From a bacterium (GTDB lineage Bacteria; RBG-13-61-14; DATKZS01): a DNA stretch of 64,000 nucleotides. The notes under the pieces were generated by a model. The model was not told the DNA's origin, did not search any database, and saw nothing but the letters and a program-made list of their open reading frames with translations. Below, one piece after another: positions 18,712-27,761 of the stretch. A program made the translations under genes and the position numbers. The stretch is from NCBI GenBank assembly GCA_035527835.1, contig DATKZS010000109.1, forward strand, positions 819 to 64,818, given 5' to 3'. Within the stretch, counting starts at the first letter, position 1, and the number at the start of each line of letters is the position of its first letter.

Positions 18712-19170
18712 ATGGAAAACATAGAGCTGCTGAAAAAGGTTCGGATCTTCCAGGGCCTTTCGGATGACGAGCTCAAGAAGTTCGGGCCCATCGTCGGGGA
18801 GGAGCAATTTCCGCCCCAGGCGGTGATCATCGAGGAGGGCATGGAGGGCCGGGCGCTGTTCATCATCCGGCGGGGCACGGTCACGGTGACCAAGATTGAC
18901 GGCGAGGTGGAGACGGAGCTGGTGAAGCTGGTGGCGGGCGAGGAATTCGGGGAAATGAGCCTGGTCGAGGACACGGTGACGTCGGCGCGGGTCACGGCCT
19001 ATAACGACGTGGAGTGCCTGATCATCAACCGGGAACCATTCATGCAACTGCTGAACAATGACCTAAGCCTCTCCAACAAGGTGTTCCGGAACTTTACCAA
19101 GGTCCTCTCCGAGCGGCTCCGCAACACGTCGTCCGAGCTGGTCACCTGGAAGCCCGACATCGCCTTCTAG
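18712..19170 (+). CDS. cyclic-nucleotide-binding domain protein (no HTH)
   Basis: A cNMP-binding beta-roll with GEEFGEMSLVED and the RSA motif region is present. An AAGGAGG Shine-Dalgarno precedes the start. Confidence 0.75.
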   Translation: MENIELLKKVRIFQGLSDDELKKFGPIVGEEQFPPQAVIIEEGMEGRALFIIRRGTVTVTKIDGEVETELVKLVAGEEFGEMSLVEDTVTSARVTAYNDVECLIINREPFMQLLNNDLSLSNKVFRNFTKVLSERLRNTSSELVTWKPDIAF

Positions 19171-19206
19171 AAGCATCGCCCAATGACATTGGTCCAGAGA
19201 TATTAG

Positions 19207-19283
19207 GACAGGATTAACAGGATTTACAGGATGTCCGGAATACGCCTTCTCTTTTGTATCCTGTAAATCCTGTTAATCCTGTC
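19207..19283 (+). terminator. long hairpin downstream of the cNMP-binding gene
   Basis: Arm gacaggattaacaggatttacaggat pairs with atcctgtaaatcctgttaatcctgtc and is followed by aaaattttt. Confidence 0.5.
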
Positions 19284-19331
19284 AAAATTTTTCACGATTT
19301 CTTGGCGCCCCAAAGCGGCATGAGCAAGTGT

Positions 19332-19357
19332 AAAAAAAACCCGGGACGGTTCCCGGG
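19332..19357 (-). terminator. rho-independent terminator of tRNA-Val
   Basis: On the minus strand, CCCGGGAaccgTCCCGGG is followed by T8, 14 nt after the tRNA 3' end. Confidence 0.55.
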
Positions 19358-19370
19358 TTTTCTGTTTTCA

Positions 19371-19446
19371 TGGTAGGCGCGCGCGGGCTTGAACCGCGGA
19401 CCCCTACCGTGTCAGGGTAGTGCTCTCCCAACTGAGCTACGCGCCT
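19371..19446 (-). tRNA. tRNA-Val (anticodon GAC)
   Basis: The 76-nt cloverleaf has acceptor AGGCGCG/CGCGCCT, D-arm GCTCAGTTGGGAGAGC, anticodon loop CTGACAC, T-arm CGCGGTTCAAGCCCGCG, and an encoded CCA. Confidence 0.9.
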
Positions 19447-19456
19447 GGGTCGGTAT

Positions 19457-19487
19457 ATTAATATGCCACTTGGCCGGGAAAAGTCAA
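19457..19487 (-). promoter_or_regulatory. sigma70-like promoter for tRNA-Val
   Basis: On the minus strand, TTGACT is followed by an 18-nt spacer and TATTAAT, placing the TSS a few nt before the tRNA 5' end. Confidence 0.45.
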
Positions 19488-19537
19488 GCAGCGTAGGGCG
19501 TATGTCGCAGGTCGTATGGCGTAGGTCGCAGGTCAGG

Positions 19538-20584
19538 TTAAGGTATGGAGACGGCGGGGCCGGCGGCGGCCGGAAGGGGCTCCCCGGCGGGGGATGCGGG
19601 GTCGTCGAAGAGGGCGAGGAAGACGAGGACGTCGTGGAGATGGGCGGGTCCGTGGCCGAAGTCCACGCCGCGGGCTTGATGCTCGACCCTGACCTGCCAT
19701 CCGTCCTCGATGGCGGCGCGGGCCAGGGCGGCGGCGCGCCGGACCGCGGCCTCCCGCAGCGGCTCCGGGGACTCCGGACGGGGCGCGGACAGGTTGAGGG
19801 CGATGCGGAGCTTGCGCTCCTCCTCGCTCTCCCGGACGCGGACCATGAGGCCGCCGGTGCGGGCCGAGGTCTTCCAGTGGATGTCCTTGACCGGATCTCC
19901 CCGCGTGTACTGGCGGAACCCGAAGAGCTGGTCGCCGCGGCCGGCCTTGTGCACGGGCCGCTCTTCGCCACGCGCCGCGATCTGGTCGCGGTCCACCTCG
20001 CTGGAATCGGCGCGGGGCAGGGCGATGAGCCCGCCTTCGAGCGGCACTCGTTTCCTTTTGTCGAACCATCCGAAGGGCGCGGTGGTGGAGATGGTCATGT
20101 CGTGGAAGCGGATCCGGCCGCGCTCTGGGGCGATGGCGGACGCCTTGATCACCGTTTCCTTGCCCGCGCCGACGAAGGCGGCGATTGCCATGAGCTCCAC
20201 GCTGCCGAGCGATTCATTGACGCACACCGCAAATGAAGGGATGAGCTTTTTTTCATTCTTGAAGCGGTAAGTGACGCGGAAGCTGACGCCGGCGGTGACG
20301 AACTCGGGGGCGGCGCGTTCCACCCGCACCTGGGCGATTACGTACTCCGAGACCATGAAAGAGGCGAGCATGGCGGCGAGCATCATGGAAAGCACGAGGT
20401 AGAGGAGGTTATTGCCGGTGTTGAAGGCGGCGCCGGCCACGGCCACGATCAGGAAGAGGAAGGCGAATCCGGGCCGGGTGATGCGGACGCGGCGGTTCAA
20501 CAGCCAGTCGGGGAAGAAGATGCGGCGGAGCAGGGGCAGCATTTTATTCAACCGCGGAGGCGCGGAGGACGCAGAGGAAGACAT
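19538..20584 (-). CDS. DUF58 domain protein (vWA-like, MoxR-partner type)
   Basis: Two N-terminal TM helices and the DUF58 signature FGFRQYTRGDPVKDIHWKTSAR are present. Confidence 0.7.
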   Translation of the reverse strand: MSSSASSAPPRLNKMLPLLRRIFFPDWLLNRRVRITRPGFAFLFLIVAVAGAAFNTGNNLLYLVLSMMLAAMLASFMVSEYVIAQVRVERAAPEFVTAGVSFRVTYRFKNEKKLIPSFAVCVNESLGSVELMAIAAFVGAGKETVIKASAIAPERGRIRFHDMTISTTAPFGWFDKRKRVPLEGGLIALPRADSSEVDRDQIAARGEERPVHKAGRGDQLFGFRQYTRGDPVKDIHWKTSARTGGLMVRVRESEEERKLRIALNLSAPRPESPEPLREAAVRRAAALARAAIEDGWQVRVEHQARGVDFGHGPAHLHDVLVFLALFDDPASPAGEPLPAAAGPAVSIP

Positions 20585-20700
20585 GATTAATTCCTGTTAT
20601 TATTGGGTTGAGACCAATTCATTCTTCCTTCATCCTTCAAACTTGATTCTTGATTCTTTCCCTATCTACTACCTACTGACTACTATCTACTACACCAACC
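20585..20700. repeat. heptanucleotide tandem tract (TCTTGAT / CTAYCTA units) running into the 3' end of the phosphoglycerate mutase gene
   Basis: Sequence ttcttgattcttgattctttccctatctactacctactgactactatctactacacc. The last 9-10 codons of the mutase ORF and its stop codon are encoded by this tract. Confidence 0.7.
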
Positions 20701-22253
20701 CCCTGCCCGTCGGCCAGCGCGCGGTAGGCCTTTTCCACGCGGTCCCAGTTGTTCTCGCGGTCGAGCGCCCAGAAGCGGCCCATGACCGTGACCACGCGGC
20801 CGAGTCCGAGCTTTTCGCAGAAGGTCTCGACGTCGTCAATGTAACGGGCGCCGGCCTCCGGCCGCTCGCCGCGGCGGCCGAGCAGTCCGTGATGATATAG
20901 CTCGGTGACGCCGCGGTCCCTGGCCATGCGCAGGATGGCGTAGAGGTGGTCCACGGAGCCGTGGCTGGAGTAGAAGCTCACGATGCCCAGCAGGTGGAGC
21001 GGCCGGCGCTCGTTGACGGAGATGTCCATGGCCCGGATGAAGGCCGGGTTCCGGGCCAGCGAGCCCGCGGAGATGGCCTGGTCAATGCGGATGCGGTCGG
21101 AGAGCACGCGGCGGCCGGCGCCGATGTGCAGGTGCCCGGCCTCGGAGTTGCCGACCTTGCCCGCGGGCATGCCCACGGCCTCGCCGTGCGCCGCGAGCGT
21201 GGTGAACGGGAATTCGCGGCGCAGCCGGTCCATGACCGGGGTGTCCGCTTTTTTAATCAGGTTGCCGTGCTCGTCATCGCGCTCGCCCCAGCCGTCGCAG
21301 ATCACGAGGAGCAACCGCCGGGCCTTGCCGGGAGGCGCGCCCAGGATCAGACTCGATCCGGTCATCTCTTGGGGCGCGGCGATGCCGAGCAGGGAGAGGA
21401 CGGTGGGCGCGACGTCGGTGAGCGCGCCGCCTTCGCGGAGCCGCACGTCCTGGAATTTTTCGTCCACGATGGCAAAAGGCACAGGTGAGTCGGTGTGCCC
21501 GGTGTCCACCTTGCCGTCCGGGTACAGCCACTTCTCGGCGGTGCCGTGGTCAGCGGTGACCACGGCGGTGACGCCGGCCATGCGCGCGGCCTCCAGCACG
21601 CGGCCGAGCTCTCGGTCCACTGCCTGGACCGCCTGGATCACCGCGGCCTCGTTCTCGATGTGGGCGACCACGTCAACGTTGGCGAAGTTCACGATGATCA
21701 CGTCGCTCCCGCCGGCCTCCATCTCCGCGATGGTCTGGTCCGCGACCTCGCCAGCCGACATGGCCGGCAGCTCGTCGTAGTTGTTCACGTCCTTCCTCGA
21801 CTCGACCACGATCCGCCTCTCGCCCTCGAACGGCCGCTCGCGCTTGCCGTTCAGGAAATAGGAGAGGTGGACGGCCTTCTCGGACTCGACCACCTTTACG
21901 ATCTTCCGCCCGGCCCCGACCACGGCCTCGCACATGGTGCCCTTGATCGCGACCTCGGGCGGGAAGGCGGCCTCGGCCGCCAGCTCCGAGTGGTACTCGA
22001 TCATGGTGAAAAAGCGCGCGAGCCGTCCGGCGGTGTCGAACTCCTGAAACGACGGGTCCACGAACGCCCGCGTCAGCTCGACCTCCCGCTCACCCCGGAT
22101 GTCGTAAAAAATCACCGGGTCGCCGTGCCCGATCCTGCCCACCGCCCTGCCCTCTCCATCCGCGAGCACCAGCGGCCTGAGCGCCTCGTCCTCCTCGCCC
22201 CGCGCATAAGCCTCACGCACGGCCTCGGCCATTACATGCAACTTGTCACTCAT
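20673..22253 (-). CDS. gpmI: 2,3-bisphosphoglycerate-independent phosphoglycerate mutase, circularly permuted relative to canonical GpmI
   Basis: The protein's first half carries the C-terminal phosphatase-domain motifs of canonical iPGM (FLNG, ADHG, GHTDSPVPF, QEMTG). After a GAPPGKAR linker, it continues with the canonical N-terminus (LLLVICDGWG, GNSEAGHLHIGAGR) and the transferase domain (SSHGSVDHL, RFWALDRENNWDRVEKAY). A strong Shine-Dalgarno (GGGAGAAG) lies at the new start. Confidence 0.75.
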   Translation of the reverse strand: MSDKLHVMAEAVREAYARGEEDEALRPLVLADGEGRAVGRIGHGDPVIFYDIRGEREVELTRAFVDPSFQEFDTAGRLARFFTMIEYHSELAAEAAFPPEVAIKGTMCEAVVGAGRKIVKVVESEKAVHLSYFLNGKRERPFEGERRIVVESRKDVNNYDELPAMSAGEVADQTIAEMEAGGSDVIIVNFANVDVVAHIENEAAVIQAVQAVDRELGRVLEAARMAGVTAVVTADHGTAEKWLYPDGKVDTGHTDSPVPFAIVDEKFQDVRLREGGALTDVAPTVLSLLGIAAPQEMTGSSLILGAPPGKARRLLLVICDGWGERDDEHGNLIKKADTPVMDRLRREFPFTTLAAHGEAVGMPAGKVGNSEAGHLHIGAGRRVLSDRIRIDQAISAGSLARNPAFIRAMDISVNERRPLHLLGIVSFYSSHGSVDHLYAILRMARDRGVTELYHHGLLGRRGERPEAGARYIDDVETFCEKLGLGRVVTVMGRFWALDRENNWDRVEKAYRALADGQGVGVVDSSQ

Positions 22254-22401
22254 GCTTCTCCCGCTCCATTCAGATTCAAGTCCGCATTGCTTAATTTAAC
22301 AGCGCCTTCCGGCATAGACAACTTTAAAATTCCGTTTGAAAAAATCCGTTGCCCCGGTGCGGAAGGTATGGTATAAATCGCGGCAAGGAGAAGGGAAGGA
22401 C

Positions 22402-23583
22402 ATGGCGCAGGTACTGGTGGGGATGAGGGTGCTGGATTTAACGCGGCTGTTGCCGGGTCCGTTCTGCACACAGATGCTGTCGGACCTGGGGGCGGAGGTT
22501 ATCAAGATCGAGGCGCCGGGGGAGGGCGATTACAGCCGGACGCTGCACACGGCGATCCGGGGGTACGGCTCGACGTTCGTGATGTTGAACCGGAACAAGA
22601 AGAGCATCACGCTGAACCTGAAGCAGCAGGCGGGGGCGGAGATCTTCCGGCGGCTCGCCGGGAGCGCGGACGTGGTGATCGAGAGCTTCCGTCCCGGCGT
22701 GGTGGACCGTCTGGGGATCGGGTACAAGAACCTGAAGCGCGACAACCGCAAGCTGATCTACTGCTCGCTCACCGGGTTCGGCCAGGACGGGCCTTACGCG
22801 CAGCGGGCGGGTCACGACATCAATTACCTTTCCTATTCCGGGATCGGCTCGCTGACCGGTCCGCACGGCGGGCCGCCGGTTCCGCTGGGCATCCAGGCGG
22901 CGGACATCGCGGGAGGGTCGCTGATGGCGGCGTTCGCGGTGATGGCGGCGCTGTACCAGCGTTCGCAGACGGGACGCGGCCAGTACATTGACGTGTCCAT
23001 GTTGGATGGGCTCTTGGCGGTGGGGCAGACGCTGTTCGGCGAATATTTCTCGACGGGCAAGGCGCCGGGTCCGGGGACCATGCGGCTCTCCGGCGGCTAC
23101 CCGGTGTACGGGATTTACGAGACCAGGGACGGCAAGCACTTCGCCCTCGGCGCGCTCGAGCCCAAGTTCTGGGAGACGTTCTGCAAGAAGGCCGGGCGGC
23201 CGGACCTGATCCTGCTGCACCAGTCCGCGCGGGACCAGGATAGCGAGAAGCTGGAAAAGGAGCTCAAGGCGCTGTTCAAGAAGAAGACGCGGGCGGAATG
23301 GTCTGCGCTTCTGGAGGGGGAGGACGCGTGCGCTTCTCCGGTGCTGACGCTGGACGAGGTGATGGACGACCCGCACCTCAAGCACCGGGGCATGTTCGTG
23401 ACCGGCCCGCACCCGGAGGAGGGAGAGGTCACCCAGGTCGCGTTCCCGATCAAATTCTCCGACATCACGCCCGAAAAGCCCGGGCCCGCGCCCAAGCTCG
23501 GGCAGCACACCGAGGAGATCCTGCTCTCGGTCGGCTACTCCAAAAAAGAGATCGAGGGATTCAAGAAGGACGGAGTGATCTGA
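22402..23583 (+). CDS. CoA-transferase family III (CaiB/BaiF-like)
   Basis: Motif LDLTRLLPGPFCTQMLSDLGAEVIKIE is present. An AGGAGAAGGGAAGGA Shine-Dalgarno precedes the MAQV start. The longer ORF from 22336 lacks a ribosome-binding site. Confidence 0.8.
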   Translation: MAQVLVGMRVLDLTRLLPGPFCTQMLSDLGAEVIKIEAPGEGDYSRTLHTAIRGYGSTFVMLNRNKKSITLNLKQQAGAEIFRRLAGSADVVIESFRPGVVDRLGIGYKNLKRDNRKLIYCSLTGFGQDGPYAQRAGHDINYLSYSGIGSLTGPHGGPPVPLGIQAADIAGGSLMAAFAVMAALYQRSQTGRGQYIDVSMLDGLLAVGQTLFGEYFSTGKAPGPGTMRLSGGYPVYGIYETRDGKHFALGALEPKFWETFCKKAGRPDLILLHQSARDQDSEKLEKELKALFKKKTRAEWSALLEGEDACASPVLTLDEVMDDPHLKHRGMFVTGPHPEEGEVTQVAFPIKFSDITPEKPGPAPKLGQHTEEILLSVGYSKKEIEGFKKDGVI

Positions 23584-23625
23584 ACCATCCCTCCGCGTCA
23601 GCTGCAATCCAAGCAAGGAACAATC

Positions 23626-24801
23626 ATGGGTGATAAACATATTCATGTAAGCAAAAAGGGCGTGCCCTACTATCTGGTGCAAAAAACGAGGAAGGGGAAA
23701 AAGAGCTACCTCTGCGTGCCGCGGCCGCCGGATGGTCCTGATTTCGTGGTGCTGGAGGCCGTGCCCGAGGGCTATGAGATTTGCGAGACGCGCGGCAAGG
23801 TGAATTGCCTGCCCATTGCGGTCGAGGGCATCCCGGCGGAGGACGTGGAGAAGGTGAAGGCGGAGCTTGCCAGGCACGAGGCCTTTGAGGGCTGCCGGAT
23901 GGAAATTACTCAGGACCAGATCGTGGTCCACCTCTACCTGCTGAATCCCTTCCTGAAGAATCTGATGCAGGAAAGCCGCGAGGTTGCCGGCCTGCCCCCC
24001 CTCACGCCGCAAGAGTTCGAGGCGATAAAGCGGGAGGCGGGCCCGTCCCAGTTTTACATGCCCTTCCTGCGCTTTACGCTCCAGGACCGGAGAAGGCTGG
24101 ATTATGTGGCCGAGGGCTTCGCGGCCGGAGACAGGGGAGACGATGAACCGGATTGGGAATTCGTGGATTTCGGCAAGATCGGACGGATTTCGCGACAACT
24201 CATCGAGGAATTTCTCGCCGATATGCATTCAGCTCCGGCCATTGGGGCGCTGGATCCGGGGCCGGAGGCCAAGTCCTCGGGGCGGCGCCGGAGAAAACGC
24301 CCGCGCCGCAAGAAAGGAGAGAAGGCCAGGATTTACACGCTGAAGGTCGAACTGGAATCGGGGTACATCGTGGACAAAAAATATGGGGGTCATGAAATTT
24401 CCCGAACCATCCAGATCCTTGGCGATCAGTCCCTGCAGGATCTGCACGAAATAATTTTCGACGCCTTCGAGCGGGAGGATGAGCACCTTTATGAGTTCTT
24501 CTTCGGAAAGCGGCCTTATGGCAGAAAGAACCGGGTCTACGCCCATCCCTTCAGCCTGGAAGATAGCCCGTTCGGACCGGAGCCGAATATCGTGGGAACG
24601 GTTGATGAAACCTGGATTGACGACCTGAACCTCCGGCCCCGCCAGACCTTCGGTTACCTCTTCGACTACGGCGACGACTGGGTGCACCGGATCAGGGTGG
24701 AGAAGATCGAGGAAGCGGCCCCGGAAGGCGATTACCCGCGTATCACCGCGGCCGTGGGCGAGGCCCCGCCGCAGTATCCGTTCGATGATGACGAAGATTA
24801 G
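23626..24801 (+). CDS. hypothetical protein with C-terminal pRiA4b ORF-3-like domain
   Basis: The C-terminal IYTLKVELES...QSLQDLHEIIFDAF...HLYEFFFG matches the conserved pattern of the plasmid pRiA4b ORF-3 family. An Arg/Lys-rich linker is present. Confidence 0.5.
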   Translation: MGDKHIHVSKKGVPYYLVQKTRKGKKSYLCVPRPPDGPDFVVLEAVPEGYEICETRGKVNCLPIAVEGIPAEDVEKVKAELARHEAFEGCRMEITQDQIVVHLYLLNPFLKNLMQESREVAGLPPLTPQEFEAIKREAGPSQFYMPFLRFTLQDRRRLDYVAEGFAAGDRGDDEPDWEFVDFGKIGRISRQLIEEFLADMHSAPAIGALDPGPEAKSSGRRRRKRPRRKKGEKARIYTLKVELESGYIVDKKYGGHEISRTIQILGDQSLQDLHEIIFDAFEREDEHLYEFFFGKRPYGRKNRVYAHPFSLEDSPFGPEPNIVGTVDETWIDDLNLRPRQTFGYLFDYGDDWVHRIRVEKIEEAAPEGDYPRITAAVGEAPPQYPFDDDED

Positions 24802-24921
24802 TACGACGACGAGAATGAAGACGGCCTCGATGGATGACGCCGCCGTCTGATTCCTCGCGGCATCGAGACCATCCTCCGATCAGAGGCGTCCACCGGTTAC
24901 AAACCGGTGGCACGCAGGTCA

Positions 24922-26268
24922 CTACAGCTTAAACCCCTCCGGGAAGCATCGTTTCCAGAAGCCGCGGATGAAGATCATGCCGATGACGGCGCGTCCGATG
25001 AGGAAGCCGGTGGACCAGAGCAGGGAGAAGGCGATGACCTGGTCGGCGGTGCCGACCTTGCCCACCGAGACGATGAGGAACCAGGCGATGAGCTGGGGCC
25101 CTCCGTAGCCGCCGACGCCGATGGGGAGGAAGACGGAGATCACGATGACGGGGATGACGATGAGGGCGAGCGGGAGCGGCGGGTCCACGCCCATGGCGCG
25201 GAGCGCGGCGTAGCTGGAGGCGATGGAGGAGCAGAGGAGGACCATGCGGACGGCCCAGACCCGGAGGTAATGGTTCCAGCGGGCGAGGCTGAAGGTGCGC
25301 AAGAGCTGCATGAGCTCGCCCACGATCTTCTGGGCGCGGGTCTTGGACTCGACGCCTTCCCGGCCGGAGGCGATCCAGGTCATGGCGCGGTCGCGCAACG
25401 GGCTGTGCCAGAAGGCGACGTTGCCCAGAAACAGCGCCCAGAAAATGATGCAGGCCGCGAGCCAGGCGGGGCCGATGGCCGGGATCAGGCCGGTGTGCAG
25501 GTTGTAGATGACCGCGGGCAGCAGCACGGTGAAGTTGGCGGTCAGGTCCATGATCATGGACCAGAGGTTGGAGCTGACGCTCTCGGTGACGGGCACCTTT
25601 TTCACGCGGAGCATGTAGAGCGGGAAGAAGACCTCGGCCAGCACGGCGAGCCCGACCTGGATCACGTAAGGCGCGCCGCGGCACTCCATCAGCTCGCGGA
25701 ACTTGATGTCCGGGACGTTGAAGAACTTGTAGGCCATGCCGAAGCTGAGCACGTCGGCCATGAAGAAGATGAAGCAATGGAGGACCATCAGCGGCAGGAA
25801 GAAGCGGAGGTCGGCGGCCCGGACCAGGGCCCAGATGTCGGACATCTTGACCTTCTTCACGTAATTCACGGACACGGGCGCATGGTCGGGGATGCGGGTG
25901 CCGGCGGTGCGGCTGATGGCGGCCGCGCCTGAATTGCTCTCCGGCCGGAACTCGAAGTCGCCTCCGGCCGGGCAGCCGGCCGCGGCCAGGTCGCCCTTGT
26001 CCTCCTGCTCGGCCTCGCCCTTCTCGCAATAGGTAACGGTGCCGTCAATGCTCTTGATCGCCACCGATCCCTTTTTCACGCCGCTCGCCTTAAGCTCGGT
26101 CCACTCCGTCCCGGAAAATTCGTAGCGCTCGTCCACCACGTTGCTGGACAGCCCGGTGAACACGTAAACGAGGATGACGGCGGTGAAGACGTAGGGCACG
26201 AGCTGGCTTGCGAGCGACGGTTTTTTTACTTCGGCGTCCGGCCCCGGCTGGTTCTCGACCTGGCCCAT
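24922..26268 (-). CDS. polytopic membrane protein (flippase-like / LPG-synthase TM-region family)
   Basis: A soluble segment of about 140 aa is followed by at least 8 hydrophobic helices. This frame was chosen over the overlapping GC-artefact ORFs because of coherent TM periodicity. Confidence 0.45.
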   Translation of the reverse strand: MGQVENQPGPDAEVKKPSLASQLVPYVFTAVILVYVFTGLSSNVVDERYEFSGTEWTELKASGVKKGSVAIKSIDGTVTYCEKGEAEQEDKGDLAAAGCPAGGDFEFRPESNSGAAAISRTAGTRIPDHAPVSVNYVKKVKMSDIWALVRAADLRFFLPLMVLHCFIFFMADVLSFGMAYKFFNVPDIKFRELMECRGAPYVIQVGLAVLAEVFFPLYMLRVKKVPVTESVSSNLWSMIMDLTANFTVLLPAVIYNLHTGLIPAIGPAWLAACIIFWALFLGNVAFWHSPLRDRAMTWIASGREGVESKTRAQKIVGELMQLLRTFSLARWNHYLRVWAVRMVLLCSSIASSYAALRAMGVDPPLPLALIVIPVIVISVFLPIGVGGYGGPQLIAWFLIVSVGKVGTADQVIAFSLLWSTGFLIGRAVIGMIFIRGFWKRCFPEGFKL

Positions 26269-26287
26269 TAGGTTTTTCCTTTCCCTT

Positions 26288-26617
26288 TCACTTCCTGGCG
26301 GAGCACAGCCGCGAGCGGCCCGGGGTGAACTCCCGGCACACCCGCGGCCTGGTCTTATAGATCAAGCAGGTGGTGCGGCCCTCATCGCCGACCGGCTTGT
26401 TGAAGCGGCACGGCTTGAAGCGGCGCAAGCCGGCCAGGCCCGACTCCTCCTCCCAGTACCTCTGTTCCTCCTCGAGCGCGGCCAGGATGTCCTCGCGCTT
26501 CTCCTCTTTCCAGCGGGGCACGTCGTCTGGTGAAACGTAGCGCGAAAAGGGGTCCTTGCAGCAGCGGCCGCAACGCAGGCACACGGCCTCCCTTATTTTT
26601 TCCGTTGATTCGTCCAT
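26288..26617 (-). CDS. YkgJ-family cysteine-cluster (Fe-S/Zn) protein
   Basis: Motifs CLRCGRCC and later CxxxxC clusters are present. The start at MDESTEK (26617) is preferred over the extended basic, low-complexity ORF running to 26812. Confidence 0.65.
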   Translation of the reverse strand: MDESTEKIREAVCLRCGRCCKDPFSRYVSPDDVPRWKEEKREDILAALEEEQRYWEEESGLAGLRRFKPCRFNKPVGDEGRTTCLIYKTRPRVCREFTPGRSRLCSARK

Positions 26618-26649
26618 GCTGTTTTCAAGCCGATGGCTCCGCGCGAGAG

Positions 26650-26685
26650 CTTTGCAGTGCGCGGGCATGCCCGCGCACTGCAAAG
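26650..26685. terminator. perfect 36-bp palindrome downstream of the MaoC gene
   Basis: CTTTGCAGTGCGCGGGCATGCCCGCGCACTGCAAAG is an exact palindrome located between convergent and tandem minus-strand genes. Confidence 0.55.
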
Positions 26686-26706
26686 CGGCGTTTCGCGGCG
26701 CTCTAT

Positions 26707-27564
26707 TTAGAGGCTTACCTTTCCGAGCTCGGCGCGGCCGTTCTTGATCACGGGCTCGCCGGCGGGGTTCGCGGCCTCGAAGCCCAGGAGCTTGTCCTTT
26801 TCCATCCACCATCCCTTGATGGTGAGCACGTCAGTCGGGCGCACCGGCTTACTGAAGCGCACGGAGAATTTGCGGAGGCTGGTGGGGTCTCCGCCGCAGG
26901 CGTTCTGCACGACGGCCTTGTGGCAGAAGGCCAGGGTGCACAGGCCCTGGAGGATGATGCCGCCGAGCCCGACCTTCTTGGCGAAGTCCTCGTTCACGTG
27001 GATCGGGTTGTGGTCGCCGCTGGGCTCGGCATAGACGTAGCTCTGGCCGACGAGCACGCGCTCCTTGGACTCGAACGCGGTGTTGGACTTGTCCTCCTCC
27101 GGCTCCGGCGTCTTGGCCTTCTTCTCGAGCTTGCCGTAGCCGCGCACGAAGAAGCTGAAGAGCTGGCGGCAGACCGGCTCTCCGGTCACGAGCTTGGTGG
27201 ACGACTCGACGATGAGCAGCTCGCCCGAGCCCTTGTCCTGGATGTCCTGGATCTTGCCGGCGGTCAGCACCTTCTGGCCCGGCTTCACCACCTTGAACCA
27301 CTCGATCTCCTGCTCGCCGTGGACCAGGAAGGCCATGAAGCCCTGCCCGACCTCCTGGTCGAAAAACACGGAGGCCAATGCGCCGCCGCCGTAGTTCACG
27401 GCGAACATGGGCGGAGCGATGACCCCGCCCTCCCGCGAGCCGTTGATGTACCACGGGTTCGGATCGTTGGTGGCGAGAGCGTAATACATGCTCTCGTGGC
27501 CCTTGATCTCGACCTCGCCGGGCGGGTAAACCTTTCCGATCACTGCTTTGTTCAGTTCCGGCAT
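26707..27564 (-). CDS. MaoC-like (R)-specific enoyl-CoA hydratase, double hot-dog
   Basis: Two hot-dog halves are present, and the MaoC motif region includes the PIHVN-type segment DHNPIHVNEDFAKK. Confidence 0.8.
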   Translation of the reverse strand: MPELNKAVIGKVYPPGEVEIKGHESMYYALATNDPNPWYINGSREGGVIAPPMFAVNYGGGALASVFFDQEVGQGFMAFLVHGEQEIEWFKVVKPGQKVLTAGKIQDIQDKGSGELLIVESSTKLVTGEPVCRQLFSFFVRGYGKLEKKAKTPEPEEDKSNTAFESKERVLVGQSYVYAEPSGDHNPIHVNEDFAKKVGLGGIILQGLCTLAFCHKAVVQNACGGDPTSLRKFSVRFSKPVRPTDVLTIKGWWMEKDKLLGFEAANPAGEPVIKNGRAELGKVSL

Positions 27565-27619
27565 GACTTCCTCCTTTCCGGGCTATCAGTACATTTAAGT
27601 CTTGGAAACCGTATGATGG

Positions 27620-27717
27620 GAATTTTCAACGCCAAGACGCAAAGACGCAACGTATTTTTTTATTTTCTTTTTTCTTGGCATCTTGGCGCCTTGGCATCTT
27701 GGCGTTAAAAATTCCCT
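27620..27717. repeat. palindromic GCCAAGACGCCAAGG-type element (copy 1 of 3)
   Basis: Sequence gggaattttcaacgccaagacgcaaagacgcaacg, then an AT-rich loop, then cttggcatcttggcgccttggcatcttggcgttaaaaattccc. It lies between the lipA stop and the maoC start. Confidence 0.65.
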
Positions 27718-27761
27718 CCATGAATGAACACAACATTATTACCACAACCCGGCCCTGTTTG

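Noticed and set aside
19463-20270. Plus-strand ORFs (257 aa and 186 aa) over the DUF58 gene
   Set aside because: The minus frame 19538..20584 carries the DUF58 signature and TM helices. The plus frames are Gly/Arg-rich.
20983-22376. Plus-strand ORFs (265 aa and 293 aa) over the phosphoglycerate mutase
   Set aside because: The minus frame contains every iPGM catalytic motif.
22438-24228. 596-aa minus ORF spanning the CoA-transferase and the downstream gene
   Set aside because: It crosses two well-supported plus-strand genes and their intergenic region. It has an Arg/Leu-rich composition.
24907-26029. Alternative frames (341 aa plus, 366 aa minus) over the membrane protein gene
   Set aside because: The 24922..26268 minus frame was chosen for its regular hydrophobic helices. 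The others are Gly/Asp- or Arg/Pro-rich.
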